From IMG/VR virus record IMGVR_UViG_3300037067_024288: DNA of 64,000 bases; one strand, 5' to 3'. Position numbers and translations under genes: made by a program. The notes under the pieces were generated by a model, which had not been told where the DNA came from, did not search any database, and saw nothing but the letters and a program-made list of their open reading frames with translations. Every line of letters begins with the position of its first letter. Position 1 is the stretch's first letter. This stretch comes from an uncultured virus (IMG/VR IMGVR_UViG_3300037067_024288) (taxonomy: Duplodnaviria > Heunggongvirae > Uroviricota > Caudoviricetes). Positions 10,604 through 20,877 of the stretch are shown here, piece by piece.

Positions 10604-11157
10604 GTGAAAAGTGGAAGCAACGGTGGATGTTCATTATAAAGGTGATTGTGATAATATTTATTGCACTTCACATTTACGGTACTCATGCTAGGCTACTTTA
10701 TAAAATAAACCCGGAAGCTACTGAAGCCATAAAGAACGTTGGCTTCAGTTTCTTTCGGATAAATGAGTACACAATGACCGCCCAAGCGTTTGGACTTGTT
10801 TATGGTATTATTACAGCCGGGATTATCTTTCTTTATTCAGAACACAAAAAAAAGTTTATGACCATCATAACATTCTCTATACTTGATGGTTTCGGAATGT
10901 TTGTGTATTACAGTGCCGATAGTAACAATCTTTTTATTATATTTGCTGCGATTTATTATTGTGTATACACTTTCTGTATTATAATGGCAGTAGGGTTACA
11001 CAAATCAAGTACCTCAAAATCAGAGGTTGAAACTGAAGTAGAACGAAACGAACTCATTATTAAAATGAAGGAACACGGACTATCAGGTAAGGAAATAGCT
11101 GAGATTGTTGGATTAACACCTTCCATGATATCTCGTATTATTTCTAAATCTCACTAA
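10600..11157 (+). CDS. Multi-TM protein with C-terminal HTH
   Basis: Four hydrophobic segments; GLSGKEIAEIVGLTPSMISRI. Confidence 0.65.
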   Translation: MSEKWKQRWMFIIKVIVIIFIALHIYGTHARLLYKINPEATEAIKNVGFSFFRINEYTMTAQAFGLVYGIITAGIIFLYSEHKKKFMTIITFSILDGFGMFVYYSADSNNLFIIFAAIYYCVYTFCIIMAVGLHKSSTSKSEVETEVERNELIIKMKEHGLSGKEIAEIVGLTPSMISRIISKSH

Positions 11158-11170
11158 AAATCCCAAAAAA

Positions 11171-11710
11171 ATGAAAAAGATTATTGTGATTGTCGGCTTA
11201 TTGTGCATATTCATGAGAGTAAGCACATCTGATTTTCTTAATTTCAGGGCTTTTGAAGAAAGTAAAAAGTTTGCTGAGACATTGAAAATTAATAATATTG
11301 TCTTTAAGTTAATGGTTACATTTAGCGAAATTGAATCAGGGCATAATTATACGGCCAACGGTCAATCTGGGGAAAAAGGGCGATATCAATACATGCCCCG
11401 GACGTGGAAAAGTTTGTGTAAAAAATATTTCGGTAAAGAAGTCAGTAATACTCCTGAGTATCAGGAATTAGTGACCTACAATATTTTGCACGAATATATT
11501 AAGAAAGGGTATGCTATTGACCAGATTGCAAGTATTTGGAATTGTGGATCTCCAAAGTATGAAGGCAAAATAGGTATTAACCAATTTTCTGTGGCATATA
11601 ATGTCCCAGCGTATGTTAACAAGTTTGTCAATGCTTACCGAAAAGTCTCCACTGGAATGTCAAGTACACATCTTTGTTCAATAAATCGTAGTTTATACCT
11701 AATAGGATAG
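11171..11710 (+). CDS. Lytic transglycosylase / lysozyme-like protein
   Basis: IESGHNY, GRYQYMPRTW, WNCG; N-terminal anchor. Confidence 0.8.
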   Translation: MKKIIVIVGLLCIFMRVSTSDFLNFRAFEESKKFAETLKINNIVFKLMVTFSEIESGHNYTANGQSGEKGRYQYMPRTWKSLCKKYFGKEVSNTPEYQELVTYNILHEYIKKGYAIDQIASIWNCGSPKYEGKIGINQFSVAYNVPAYVNKFVNAYRKVSTGMSSTHLCSINRSLYLIG

Positions 11711-12206
11711 GTTTTTTAGTGATATAACTTATCGAAGGTCCAAAGCCAAATTCATTTTTTGCCCGGCCAATGTTCGCGCCCAAGAACAATCCGGTATTAC
11801 TTTTTATTATGGTATTGGTAATTGTAATCTGTTTCTGTTTCAATATTTTATACTCAAATTCCCTCTCAGCAATATTATTCTGAGTAATTTGTTCCTTTAT
11901 TCTTACTTCCAACATACTATCGGCAATAATATCATCGTAGAAATTAACAGCAAAATATTTTTTCAATATAGCCATTGTATCGATCACTGTCGGAATAGTA
12001 TCAGGAACTTCAACTTTATAAGGGACGGGGATTTTTACGGGTATTTCAACCGGAATAGAATCACTTGGTAAATAAACTATGGTTGAATCGGATAATGGCT
12101 TATTTTGACAAGATTTCAGATCACGTTCTAAGATCATAACACAAATTATGAGTCCTACTATTGCGAACATAAATACACCGCAGAAATATTTATAAATGTT
12201 TGTCAT
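11628..12206 (-). CDS. Membrane-anchored lysis accessory (spanin-like) protein
   Basis: N-terminal TM, DTI repeats, C-terminal beta-strands; next to endolysin. Confidence 0.45.
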   Translation of the reverse strand: MTNIYKYFCGVFMFAIVGLIICVMILERDLKSCQNKPLSDSTIVYLPSDSIPVEIPVKIPVPYKVEVPDTIPTVIDTMAILKKYFAVNFYDDIIADSMLEVRIKEQITQNNIAEREFEYKILKQKQITITNTIIKSNTGLFLGANIGRAKNEFGFGPSISYITKKPILLGINYDLLNKDVYLTFQWRLFGKH

Positions 12207-12253
12207 GATAGTTTATTTTAAGATTTATTTTTTTAATTAATGGCATTTTATAA

Positions 12254-12880
12254 TTAAATTAATTGTGCTTTTTTAACGAATCGCAAAAGACAATCAGTAA
12301 CTCTTTCAATATATTCAGGCGTTTGTTGATATTTCCAATCTTTAGGATTATCGAAAAATAGAAGTTCAACAAGTATGGCCGGACACAATGTATGAACTAA
12401 AACATAGAATTTTTCTTCTTTGTCGAGATCTCCGTCACCAAGATCGGCGCGAAATGGAAATTCTTTAAACTCACTTTTTATTTCTTCAGCACAAATCTGG
12501 GCATATTTATCAGATAATGTTTTCCCTGGCGAGGTCCATACTTCAAAACCTGACCCATGCCCTGCATTACTGTGAATTGATAAGTAAAGTAAATCGTATC
12601 TATCTAAAAGGTGATACCAATCATTAGCGTTTTTTACCCGGTATCGTAGGGGAATATCTTCATTACCAAAACTAACGTCCAGAAAATCAATTTTTGAACT
12701 TGTTAATTTTGATTCAAGCCTATCTTTTATTTGTCTGTTAATAACACCTTCATACGCTATGGTACCATCAGTATGTTTGAACATTTTGGCGGGAGCTGTT
12801 GTATATTTACCGTTTATAAATGAACCATGTCCTGCATCAAGTATAATAAGAAGCCTTTTATCCATAATATTTTTTATCAA
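12254..12880 (-). CDS. N-acetylmuramoyl-L-alanine amidase (Amidase_3) endolysin
   Basis: ILDAGHG, E, SIHSNA, PAILVE motifs. Confidence 0.92.
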   Translation of the reverse strand: MIKNIMDKRLLIILDAGHGSFINGKYTTAPAKMFKHTDGTIAYEGVINRQIKDRLESKLTSSKIDFLDVSFGNEDIPLRYRVKNANDWYHLLDRYDLLYLSIHSNAGHGSGFEVWTSPGKTLSDKYAQICAEEIKSEFKEFPFRADLGDGDLDKEEKFYVLVHTLCPAILVELLFFDNPKDWKYQQTPEYIERVTDCLLRFVKKAQLI

Positions 12881-12951
12881 AATTAACTGAATATTTTGGA
12901 TTTATTAGTAAATTTGATTCTTAAACGTTTAAAAACTTAAATTTTACGACT

Positions 12952-13365
12952 ATGAAAACTATTTTGAAATTCTTCTCTGTAATGCTTTTTCTGCTATTTG
13001 TTCCTGTATTGGCTATTTTTGCGCAAGATCCCGCACCGCCACAGTTGGATTTAAATTCATTGTTTGCCTCATTTCCTTTGTTCTGTGCTGGCACAGTTGC
13101 AATAACGGGGCTAATTACGGCACATATTGTTAATCTTTCTGCAACCTGGCGGTCTATCCTTTCTTGGATTATAGCGGCAATTATTGGGTTTTTAGGTTGG
13201 TGGCTTAAGCTTGGAATATTTAATGACGTTGACCTTGTACAGGTTATAATTATTATTGTTTCCTTTGCCGTTGGTTCAAATGTTATTTATTCAATTACAT
13301 GGATCAGAGATTTACTTGCTGCATTAAAATTGGTAGCGAAAAAGAGCGATCCTCCAAAAAAATAA
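12952..13365 (+). CDS. Holin-like membrane protein
   Basis: Multiple TM helices, basic C-tail, adjacent to amidase. Confidence 0.55.
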   Translation: MKTILKFFSVMLFLLFVPVLAIFAQDPAPPQLDLNSLFASFPLFCAGTVAITGLITAHIVNLSATWRSILSWIIAAIIGFLGWWLKLGIFNDVDLVQVIIIIVSFAVGSNVIYSITWIRDLLAALKLVAKKSDPPKK

Positions 13366-13385
13366 GTTATAAGGAAAAAGATTTG

Positions 13386-13417
13386 GAATCCCTTTCTTAA
13401 TTGGAAGGGATTTTTTA
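13386..13417. terminator. Intrinsic terminator between convergent genes
   Basis: aatccctt..aagggatt stem followed by T-run. Confidence 0.7.
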
Positions 13418-13864
13418 TTTATCAGAATCAGAAGTTGTTTTTTCTATAGGAAAATTCTTCGTCTCTGTTTTAGTAGTGACAGTCGTTTGAACCGGTCTCT
13501 CTTTATACTTAACAAGTATAGTTCCAAAGGCCACTCCAAGTGAAATTATTAATCCTAACATTGTTACTAAAACACCTTTTAGCCATTTTGTAGTAATACT
13601 ATTTTTTTGATTGGCATTATCTTCACCTGCTTTTTCAGCATTGGAGAGCGATAACTTTTCGATTGTCACAGATAATTTTTCAATACTTTTAGTAGAATTT
13701 TCAACGTTATTATTCAGGACAATAACTGTAGATAATAACCCTGGTAATCCGGGCTTGCCTTGAATTGTATCCTCAATACGTTCCATTCTATCAACCATTA
13801 AACTTATTTCATTTTCTTTGAAGCATCTGCTATGTGATGTTCTCTTTTTTACAGTTGTCGCCAT
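13415..13864 (-). CDS. Coiled-coil protein with C-terminal TM
   Basis: Heptad region then hydrophobic helix. Confidence 0.45.
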   Translation of the reverse strand: MATTVKKRTSHSRCFKENEISLMVDRMERIEDTIQGKPGLPGLLSTVIVLNNNVENSTKSIEKLSVTIEKLSLSNAEKAGEDNANQKNSITTKWLKGVLVTMLGLIISLGVAFGTILVKYKERPVQTTVTTKTETKNFPIEKTTSDSDK

Positions 13865-14007
13865 GTCTCAAAATTTGTTTCATAAAAGTAATAAATTTAT
13901 ATACACGTACCGACATTGCGTTACATTTTTTATTAAAAATAAATTTACACTCAATTAACCATTAATATATTACATAATTATCGGAAATATTTATATAATT
14001 CACACAT

Positions 14008-14634
14008 TTAAATCTTTGTCACAGCACCACTTATAATATATTTCATCGCATCGGATGCTTGGATATTTAATGGTTTAATATTATCTGCCGGCACAATGAA
14101 AAGTTCACCCGAAAAATTGTAGGCGTGCGGAAGGTAAACGGCTACCATATTGATAACTCCAAGCTTGCTTAGGTCTGACGAAGTTAAAAACCCTATTTTG
14201 TATATAGACTCACTTTTATTCATAAGCACAAGTACTGGCTTATCAAACTTTTTATCTTGACCAACAAAAGCAGAGAGAAGGTCCTTGATAGATGAATATA
14301 ATACTTTAACAATTGGCGTTTTTTGGAATAATTTATCTACCAACCTATGTATTGGCTTGAAAATAAAGCTTTGAGCCATAAATCCGAGCAATGTAACAAG
14401 AATAATTACCGCGAATATTCCGATTCCCGGAATACGCTTCGGTAAATACTCTGTTACAAATCCCTGGATGAAATTATCAATAGCAGTAAATGAGATATAG
14501 AATATGTAAATAGTCAAGCCTACTGGAAGTAAGAAAATAAGCCCATTGAAGAAATATCGGATCAATCTCTTATACATCTGACTATTTATTTTCTTTTTTT
14601 GAAGCTCTTTTGATAGCTTTTTTCCAAGCCTCAT
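14008..14634 (-). CDS. DUF502 membrane protein (probable start near 14577)
   Basis: YFFNGL..LLP..LT, PIVKVLYSSIKD, IGFLT, VYLPHAYNFSG. Confidence 0.85.
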   Translation of the reverse strand: MRLGKKLSKELQKKKINSQMYKRLIRYFFNGLIFLLPVGLTIYIFYISFTAIDNFIQGFVTEYLPKRIPGIGIFAVIILVTLLGFMAQSFIFKPIHRLVDKLFQKTPIVKVLYSSIKDLLSAFVGQDKKFDKPVLVLMNKSESIYKIGFLTSSDLSKLGVINMVAVYLPHAYNFSGELFIVPADNIKPLNIQASDAMKYIISGAVTKI

Positions 14635-14720
14635 TTTTAAATCTAATATCTTGGGCTTTTGCTATCAAATTTTTAAAAGATTTACGTGCTGACAGTTGTT
14701 TTTTTGTTGTCATAGCAGAT

Positions 14721-15710
14721 TTATTTATTTACTATTGGATCAGTAACATCTGCTATCTGCGCTCCAGTGATATTACCATTATTAGTATTATGATCTATAT
14801 TTATCAAAGCTACGGATGTCACCCCCTGTATATATCCACCTATTCTGTTATAAGTAATTGACCCTCCTGTTGTATTTACGTCACTTATCTGTTCGCAGAT
14901 ATTTACACTGATAAGGCCAGCATTATTTCCATCAATATTTCCCGATCCTCCAAACATTATATTCATAGAGATGCCGGTAGCTACGTTACTGGCTATCCTC
15001 CCAGCTATGTTACTAGCTATCTCACCAGAGCAAACATTATTATATATTGTCGATGTACATGTGTTATCATATATATCGCCCGCAACATTATTATAGATAC
15101 CTCTACAGTTATTATTTACAAAAAGATCTCCGCTGGAGCTGTAATTCCAATCACTTATATCACAATAATTATAGACATCTCCGTAATCCGGATCATAAAC
15201 AAAAACATTGTCATTATCATCCCATTGTTTAACAGTATAATCATTAACCCAATCATATTGACAACCAAAAAGCATCTCTATGTATTCGTGGTTTGCAAAA
15301 GAAGTTTTCGGAATTACAACCCAATTAACAGCATCAAGAGTAACATTATCACTTGCCGTTCCAATTACTCCGGTTAAATTCTTCCAAACCAGCCCTCCCC
15401 AAATTGTTAGGTCATCTATCACAACACTTTTAGTATCATTCCATACACCTATCCAGTTATTTCCATAGGCATCTATTTCAATAGCATAATCGGCAGGACA
15501 AAGCATTAATCTTTGTCCGTCAGTAGCTAATTGACTTGTTGATACCGCTTGAAATAGTAACCATCGATCACCCCGGTCAGTTATTTTATAAAAAGATCCA
15601 GCAGTTAAACCGGAAGCTGCCATCAATATAATTATTTCTGCATAAGTCTTTTCAATAATACCACCTCCGGTACTACTCCCAACTGAACTGCTAAATCCAA
15701 ATCCGTCCAT
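14721..15710 (-). CDS. Putative spike/receptor-binding protein with beta-helix C-terminus
   Basis: L..GSFYKITD N-terminal segment; Asn/Ile/Gly repeats. Confidence 0.55.
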   Translation of the reverse strand: MDGFGFSSSVGSSTGGGIIEKTYAEIIILMAASGLTAGSFYKITDRGDRWLLFQAVSTSQLATDGQRLMLCPADYAIEIDAYGNNWIGVWNDTKSVVIDDLTIWGGLVWKNLTGVIGTASDNVTLDAVNWVVIPKTSFANHEYIEMLFGCQYDWVNDYTVKQWDDNDNVFVYDPDYGDVYNYCDISDWNYSSSGDLFVNNNCRGIYNNVAGDIYDNTCTSTIYNNVCSGEIASNIAGRIASNVATGISMNIMFGGSGNIDGNNAGLISVNICEQISDVNTTGGSITYNRIGGYIQGVTSVALINIDHNTNNGNITGAQIADVTDPIVNK

Positions 15711-15712
15711 GA

Positions 15713-16024
15713 CTATCCTATTATTTGTTGAAATTTAACTCCTGTTACTTCTACTGTACAACCCGAAGGTGCAGTAATTGTTAACCCAGATACAGAATTT
15801 TCGCCTGTACCTATATTAAGAGATTCCCCGGCAGCAATATCAATACCACCATTAGTTTTTCCACCGAGTGTGCCAATATAATCGCTTGTTATAGTTGCTG
15901 AAGCTGAACTTCCGGTTGTTACATGAATAGCGATGTATTTCCATCCTTCAGTACCATTTATTGTCATTGCATCGGCACCGGTGAGGGTTACAAACCCGTA
16001 TGTTTCAAAAATATAGTTTGCCAT
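15713..16024 (-). CDS. Small all-beta virion protein (penton-like candidate)
   Basis: Beta-rich, Thr/Gly-rich, directly upstream of spike gene. Confidence 0.35.
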   Translation of the reverse strand: MANYIFETYGFVTLTGADAMTINGTEGWKYIAIHVTTGSSASATITSDYIGTLGGKTNGGIDIAAGESLNIGTGENSVSGLTITAPSGCTVEVTGVKFQQIIG

Positions 16025-16406
16025 ATTATATAATTTTAGATATATCTATTTGTTTAATTGGTTTTTCACTATCGTATAGAAAGGCTTTTACTTCGCAATT
16101 CTTAATTAAAAGCATACATTTAGGGTTATCACATTCAGGTTTAAAATTTTCCAGTGAGTTGAGAATTTTTCCCTCTACCATATCATTTGTAATTAAAGCT
16201 GGGAATTTTAAATTATCAACATGAATAGTTTCTTTTACTTTATATTCACATAAAACCTGAATGTCAAGTTGTCCTTTTACATTAACAAGAAATAGCTGAA
16301 TATCTATTGAGTTATGTTTTTGAGAATAGTTCTCAATAGTATCCTTTACTACTTTATTAAATTGCGATATGATCAGGTTTTTAAACATAATGCAAAGTTA
16401 AAAAAA

Positions 16407-17096
16407 TTAAGCAAGGGTGTATCGAATAAAACCTTTTAGTCTTAAACCGGTTTTTTTGGACATTTCCCCTACGGAATGTTCTTTTTTATTCACAGTTTCC
16501 TCAGTATTACCGAGTTCTGATACATTACCCTCAATCGTTTTGAACTTATCACCCTTTACATTTGTGACCGTTCCTACGTGTCCTTTAGCAGTTGGCTTAC
16601 CTGCGGAATCATAATTCTGCCAAACAACCATATCCCCAGGTTTAGGAATACCTGTAACTTTAACCATTCCGGTTTCTTTTTCCAATTTTTGCATATTGGC
16701 ATAGGTAGTCTGACTATTTCCTGAGATATAGTCAATAATCTTTTTACCATTATGAAGTTTAGTTTTTAATTCTGGATAAACATCGGCCCACATCGCTTTT
16801 GTAAAGAATACACACCATTGGGCACCTTTTGTCCAACCAACAGATTTTAATTTTTTTTCGAATTCAGGATCTGTCCATCCCATGTTATCCCCGATTTCAT
16901 CAATACCAAGAAATTTTTTAGCATGACGTATTATACGCCTCTTTTGCCATATTGCAATACCTATGGTAAGAGCGACAAGTCCAATAGCGGGGTATAATAT
17001 ATTTTTGTTTACTTTCATTGTCAAATCAATTATTTTGTTTATCTTTGCATTGTCATTGGCGTTTAGGGCGATTAAAGAGGGGGGCTTCGGCTGCAT
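16407..17096 (-). CDS. CHAP-domain peptidoglycan hydrolase with TM anchor
   Basis: QWC, PGDMVVW, GHVG, TIEGN. Confidence 0.85.
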   Translation of the reverse strand: MQPKPPSLIALNANDNAKINKIIDLTMKVNKNILYPAIGLVALTIGIAIWQKRRIIRHAKKFLGIDEIGDNMGWTDPEFEKKLKSVGWTKGAQWCVFFTKAMWADVYPELKTKLHNGKKIIDYISGNSQTTYANMQKLEKETGMVKVTGIPKPGDMVVWQNYDSAGKPTAKGHVGTVTNVKGDKFKTIEGNVSELGNTEETVNKKEHSVGEMSKKTGLRLKGFIRYTLA

Positions 17097-17124
17097 CTAC
17101 TAAATGACGACAACCTACGGCCTA

Positions 17125-17553
17125 CTATGGAAGTAGGTTTTTCTTTATGTACATAGTTTTTATAGTTATTGTTTTATTTGGTTCTATTACCTGCTCAATC
17201 ACCCAATACTCATTTTCATACTGCTTTATAAAATAAATAGCATTTCTATTATGTGATTTTGTTTTATCCTTAGACTTAAATATAATATCTGAATGCTTAA
17301 CAATGTCTGGGATTAATATGAAATCTGATGGCAAAACTGAAATCTGTCCTCTTTTAGCCTCTTTTAACTTATCTCCATGACTATTAATTATATGCCTTAA
17401 ATCATAACTATCAATAGCTATTTTATAACCAAGAACATTTAACCCAGTCTTTTTTTTAATTGCAATAGATAATGAATCATTTACAGTACCTATTATAAAT
17501 CTAGGTAAATTTTCACCTTTTAAAGATCTTTTTATAAATTCTTTTAGTTCCAT
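17125..17553 (-). CDS. PBECR (barnase/EndoU/colicin/RelE-like) RNase
   Basis: LRHIINSHGD..E..RGQI, IPDIV, C-terminal KTMY. Confidence 0.7.
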   Translation of the reverse strand: MELKEFIKRSLKGENLPRFIIGTVNDSLSIAIKKKTGLNVLGYKIAIDSYDLRHIINSHGDKLKEAKRGQISVLPSDFILIPDIVKHSDIIFKSKDKTKSHNRNAIYFIKQYENEYWVIEQVIEPNKTITIKTMYIKKNLLP

Positions 17554-17562
17554 AATTTTATG

Positions 17563-18063
17563 TTACTTATCAGGTAAAGCAGATATAGCAGCAATTATTT
17601 TTGGAAGATCAGGAGTCCCCATTTTAATACCTCCAAGTGTATAATCAATAGTTTTTAAATCTTCGGCAAGGCTTATATTATAAGTGCGTTGATAAGCACC
17701 GGCCAATTGTGATACTTCCGTTTTTGCCCGAACTTTACTAAAGAAATTTATCAAAGCATCTTCATCGGATCCAAGCAAACCATGAATATATCCATGTATC
17801 TTTTTTACAGCAGCAGCTACCCCTGCACTTGTAATAACTTTTTTAGGTGAAGAAACGGAATCAACATAACCAGGATCAAGTGCCCCTCCCTTTTTTGTCA
17901 GTGTCCCCATTTCCTGATATGCATCGCCAGATTTAGCACCTGTTTCAAGATCAGCAAGCAATTGATTGTACAATTTCTTTTTCTTGACTCGATTTACGAT
18001 AATCCATGTAGCAGTTCCGGCAATGATTAATCCTGGGATTATTATACCTAATTTACTTCTCAT
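17563..18063 (-). CDS. Membrane-anchored annexin-repeat-like protein
   Basis: G.LGSDEDAL....SQL..AY..TY..SL.EDL fits the annexin GxGTDE repeat. Confidence 0.6.
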   Translation of the reverse strand: MRSKLGIIIPGLIIAGTATWIIVNRVKKKKLYNQLLADLETGAKSGDAYQEMGTLTKKGGALDPGYVDSVSSPKKVITSAGVAAAVKKIHGYIHGLLGSDEDALINFFSKVRAKTEVSQLAGAYQRTYNISLAEDLKTIDYTLGGIKMGTPDLPKIIAAISALPDK

Positions 18064-18070
18064 ATCGAGA

Positions 18071-18436
18071 TTATTTAAGAGCGTTTAATGTCATAGGTCC
18101 CGCAATGCCATCAACAGTTAAATTTTTTGCTTTCTGAAATGCTTTTACGGCAGTTTCGGTATTTGTACCAAAAATTCCATCAATAGTTCCAACTTTATAG
18201 CCAAGTTTCGATAACTTAGTTTGTAATGTTTTTACAGCATCACCTTTACTACCTTTTTTTAATGTAGAACTTGTCGATGAAGATGAAGCTGGAGCAGAGA
18301 CATAACCTTGTTCTATTGATTTATCCAGTTCAGCAAATGCGGCGGCTGTCTTTTTTCTTCTTTGTAAAAAGAATACAATACCGGATATCACAGCAATTGC
18401 TACAACTCCGATTATAATTTTAGTTTTTGTTTTCAT
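18071..18436 (-). CDS. TM + peptidoglycan-binding domain (PG_binding_1)
   Basis: LKKGSKGDAVKTLQTKL..DGIFG..T..AVKAFQ..LTVDGIAG. Confidence 0.93.
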   Translation of the reverse strand: MKTKTKIIIGVVAIAVISGIVFFLQRRKKTAAAFAELDKSIEQGYVSAPASSSSTSSTLKKGSKGDAVKTLQTKLSKLGYKVGTIDGIFGTNTETAVKAFQKAKNLTVDGIAGPMTLNALK

Positions 18437-18460
18437 GATTGGTTACGATTATGTTTTATA

Positions 18461-18853
18461 TTAATTTCCTTTTACTGCTCTTACTGCTTCAATTGGCTTT
18501 CGTGCAATATTTATTACTAACATCCCGACCGCAATCGCTAACACGGCTACTAATCCAATAGCGGCATATTTACCAACTTTTAATACATCGCCTAATCCAT
18601 CAACAACATCGTAAGCAGAATCAACGACCCCACTTAATATTTGTCCGTCTACCTTTATTCCCTGACTTTTTGCATAACTACGCAATTCATTTGTATTTGC
18701 TTTAAATGTTGTTCCACTCCTCTTACTCCAAAACTTAACAAATAATGAATTGGCCGTTTTCTTTCCGAAAACACTTTTTAGGTCCTTATGCCATTGTATC
18801 CACTCACTATCCGAAGATGTTACTGAAGGCTCGTTTAATATCGGATTTTTCAT
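18461..18853 (-). CDS. Virion membrane protein
   Basis: C-terminal TM within structural module. Confidence 0.45.
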   Translation of the reverse strand: MKNPILNEPSVTSSDSEWIQWHKDLKSVFGKKTANSLFVKFWSKRSGTTFKANTNELRSYAKSQGIKVDGQILSGVVDSAYDVVDGLGDVLKVGKYAAIGLVAVLAIAVGMLVINIARKPIEAVRAVKGN

Positions 18854-18855
18854 TT

Positions 18856-19410
18856 TTAAAATTCTTTAGGACAAATAAGTTTATCATTTTCTTTTGCGGG
18901 ATCTGCCGGGGCTGTTAATTCTTTAAAATTGCTTTGATAATTTATCGGCAGTTTAATCTTTATGAAATTAGTTTGGGCAAATAAGTTCCCCATTACTTTA
19001 ATAACAATTCGTGACTGATCTATTAAATAATAAGTAACCAAATCAAGTAATAATTGACCTTTTAAAATATTTGCTGGTTTAATTGAAAGATTAACCTTTA
19101 TAATATTAACACTTTGTGGATTAATTATAGTATCCTGGTCATTCTCAATCTTGCTTATAAAATTATTGTTGAGAAAAATATCGAAAGAATATGACTTTAT
19201 TATTAAGGCAAATGTTGAACGGTTAAGAATCTTCATCCAAATTTCCATTGAGATATTATCCTTTGTAAATGATTTTGGGATTATCTTTTGCAGTTTATAG
19301 CAGTATTGCATGGCCATATAAATCTGTCTACGGTATAATGCATAAATTCCAAAACCGATTCCAGCTAATCCGGCTATTAATCCTACTATCATTAAACCTT
19401 TGCCACGCAT
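18856..19410 (-). CDS. LEA_2/WHy-like domain membrane protein
   Basis: TM then I.N.S.F.L.I..Y.FDIFLNN pattern. Confidence 0.6.
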   Translation of the reverse strand: MRGKGLMIVGLIAGLAGIGFGIYALYRRQIYMAMQYCYKLQKIIPKSFTKDNISMEIWMKILNRSTFALIIKSYSFDIFLNNNFISKIENDQDTIINPQSVNIIKVNLSIKPANILKGQLLLDLVTYYLIDQSRIVIKVMGNLFAQTNFIKIKLPINYQSNFKELTAPADPAKENDKLICPKEF

Positions 19411-19411
19411 A

Positions 19412-20461
19412 TTACCAGTTTAAAAGTAATCTTCCTAAAATGCCTAATCCAAAAGTATCTGAAGATAATTCCTTTTGAGCAGATTGTAATTCCGAATCTT
19501 TTGTTTCGGCAGGTTCTTCCTCTGCATTTTCTCCCCCAGACATATCCCCTACGCCTCCAATTGAACCACCGCCGCCAACACTTCCTCCTGAACTTGTTTG
19601 AGTAGGTTCTTCTTCAGATATGTCACTTCCTCTGCTACCTGAACTTTCTCTCGAACTTATTTCAGCAGGTTCTTCTTCAATTTCTTCACTTTTTTTTGAT
19701 CTCTCTACATTAACTTCTATATTCTCTTTCTGAGGTTTTTCAGCATAAGGATCTGTTTGAGTTGGAGAAGGCATCATAACAGGAGAGGAAATTGGTTCAT
19801 CTTCTATTTGTTCAGGCTGAGTTTGTCTTGGTTCTGGCATTTGCACAGGCATTTCATCTTCATAAACATTCTGTTGAATGTCTTGTGCTTCCTGTTCATC
19901 GTATTGCTGTTGTTCATCTTGTTCTACTTCTTGCCTGTTTTGTTCCTCTTCAGCAGCCTTTTCCTGTCTATCTTTTTCCATAGCAAGTCTTTCGGCTTCT
20001 TTTTGCTTAAGATCGGCTTCCGCCGCTGCTTTTGCTCTTTTTATTTCAGCAACTTTTTTAGCGGCTGCGGCTTTATCGGCAGCAGCTTTCTGATCAGCAG
20101 CTTTTTTAGCGGCTGCGGCTTTATCGGCAGCAGCTTTCTGATCAGCAGCTTTTTTAGCGGCTGCGGCTTTATCGGCAGCAGCTTTCTGATCAGCAGCTTT
20201 TTTAGCGGCTGCGGCTTTATCGGCAGCAGCTTTTTTAACAGCAGCAACTTGCTTTGATCCAAAAATAGGGTTAGAAGTAGTTTGTTTTGTAGTACTTGGT
20301 TTAGTTACTACTTTCGCAGCAACTACAGCAGGTTTTGAAATAGTTTTGACGGCAGCTTTTATAACAGCTTTTGGTTTAGAAACAGCTTTAATAACTTTTT
20401 TTAATCCACCAGCTTCTAAGTACCCATCGGCTGATAATCCTTGTAATTCATCGAAGTTCAT
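19412..20461 (-). CDS. Ala/Lys-repeat then acidic low-complexity protein
   Basis: AADKAAAAKKAADQK repeats; acidic C-half. Confidence 0.6.
   Translation of the reverse strand: MNFDELQGLSADGYLEAGGLKKVIKAVSKPKAVIKAAVKTISKPAVVAAKVVTKPSTTKQTTSNPIFGSKQVAAVKKAAADKAAAAKKAADQKAAADKAAAAKKAADQKAAADKAAAAKKAADQKAAADKAAAAKKVAEIKRAKAAAEADLKQKEAERLAMEKDRQEKAAEEEQNRQEVEQDEQQQYDEQEAQDIQQNVYEDEMPVQMPEPRQTQPEQIEDEPISSPVMMPSPTQTDPYAEKPQKENIEVNVERSKKSEEIEEEPAEISSRESSGSRGSDISEEEPTQTSSGGSVGGGGSIGGVGDMSGGENAEEEPAETKDSELQSAQKELSSDTFGLGILGRLLLNW
20055..20236. repeat. 45-bp tandem repeat, about 4 copies, coding
   Basis: ttttttagcggctgcggctttatcggcagcagctt recurs every 45 bp. Confidence 0.9.
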
Positions 20462-20859
20462 TATTTTTTCTTTTTGATTTTATAAATAACAAGGGCAATT
20501 ATGCCAACTAAAATAACTCCACCGCCTATCATAAACCATTTCTTTTTATTATTGGTTTCTGGAAGTGATGAAGGAGGAAGTATTTCTGAGTTAGTAATAG
20601 GTGCAAGATTTGAATCTTTTTTAACTATTTTACTTAAAATCCCAGATGTTTTAGCTTTTTGAGAAGCTGTTTTTAATTTCTCCTTTAAACCTTTAAGCTT
20701 TGTAGCAAATAATCCTGCGGCATTTAATTCTTCATCAGTAAAATTAAGTTCGTTGATGAAATTTATATTATCACCATCAGTATTATGTCTCACGACTCTT
20801 TTACGTTTTTTAGAACGTATAGGCCCAGTGATATTTTCTTGCATATTTGTAAGTTCCAT
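20461..20859 (-). CDS. Virion membrane protein (C-terminal TM + Lys tail)
   Basis: WFMIGGGVILVGIIALVIYKIKKKK. Confidence 0.6.
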   Translation of the reverse strand: MELTNMQENITGPIRSKKRKRVVRHNTDGDNINFINELNFTDEELNAAGLFATKLKGLKEKLKTASQKAKTSGILSKIVKKDSNLAPITNSEILPPSSLPETNNKKKWFMIGGGVILVGIIALVIYKIKKKK

Positions 20860-20877
20860 ATATGTAGATTTTAATTA

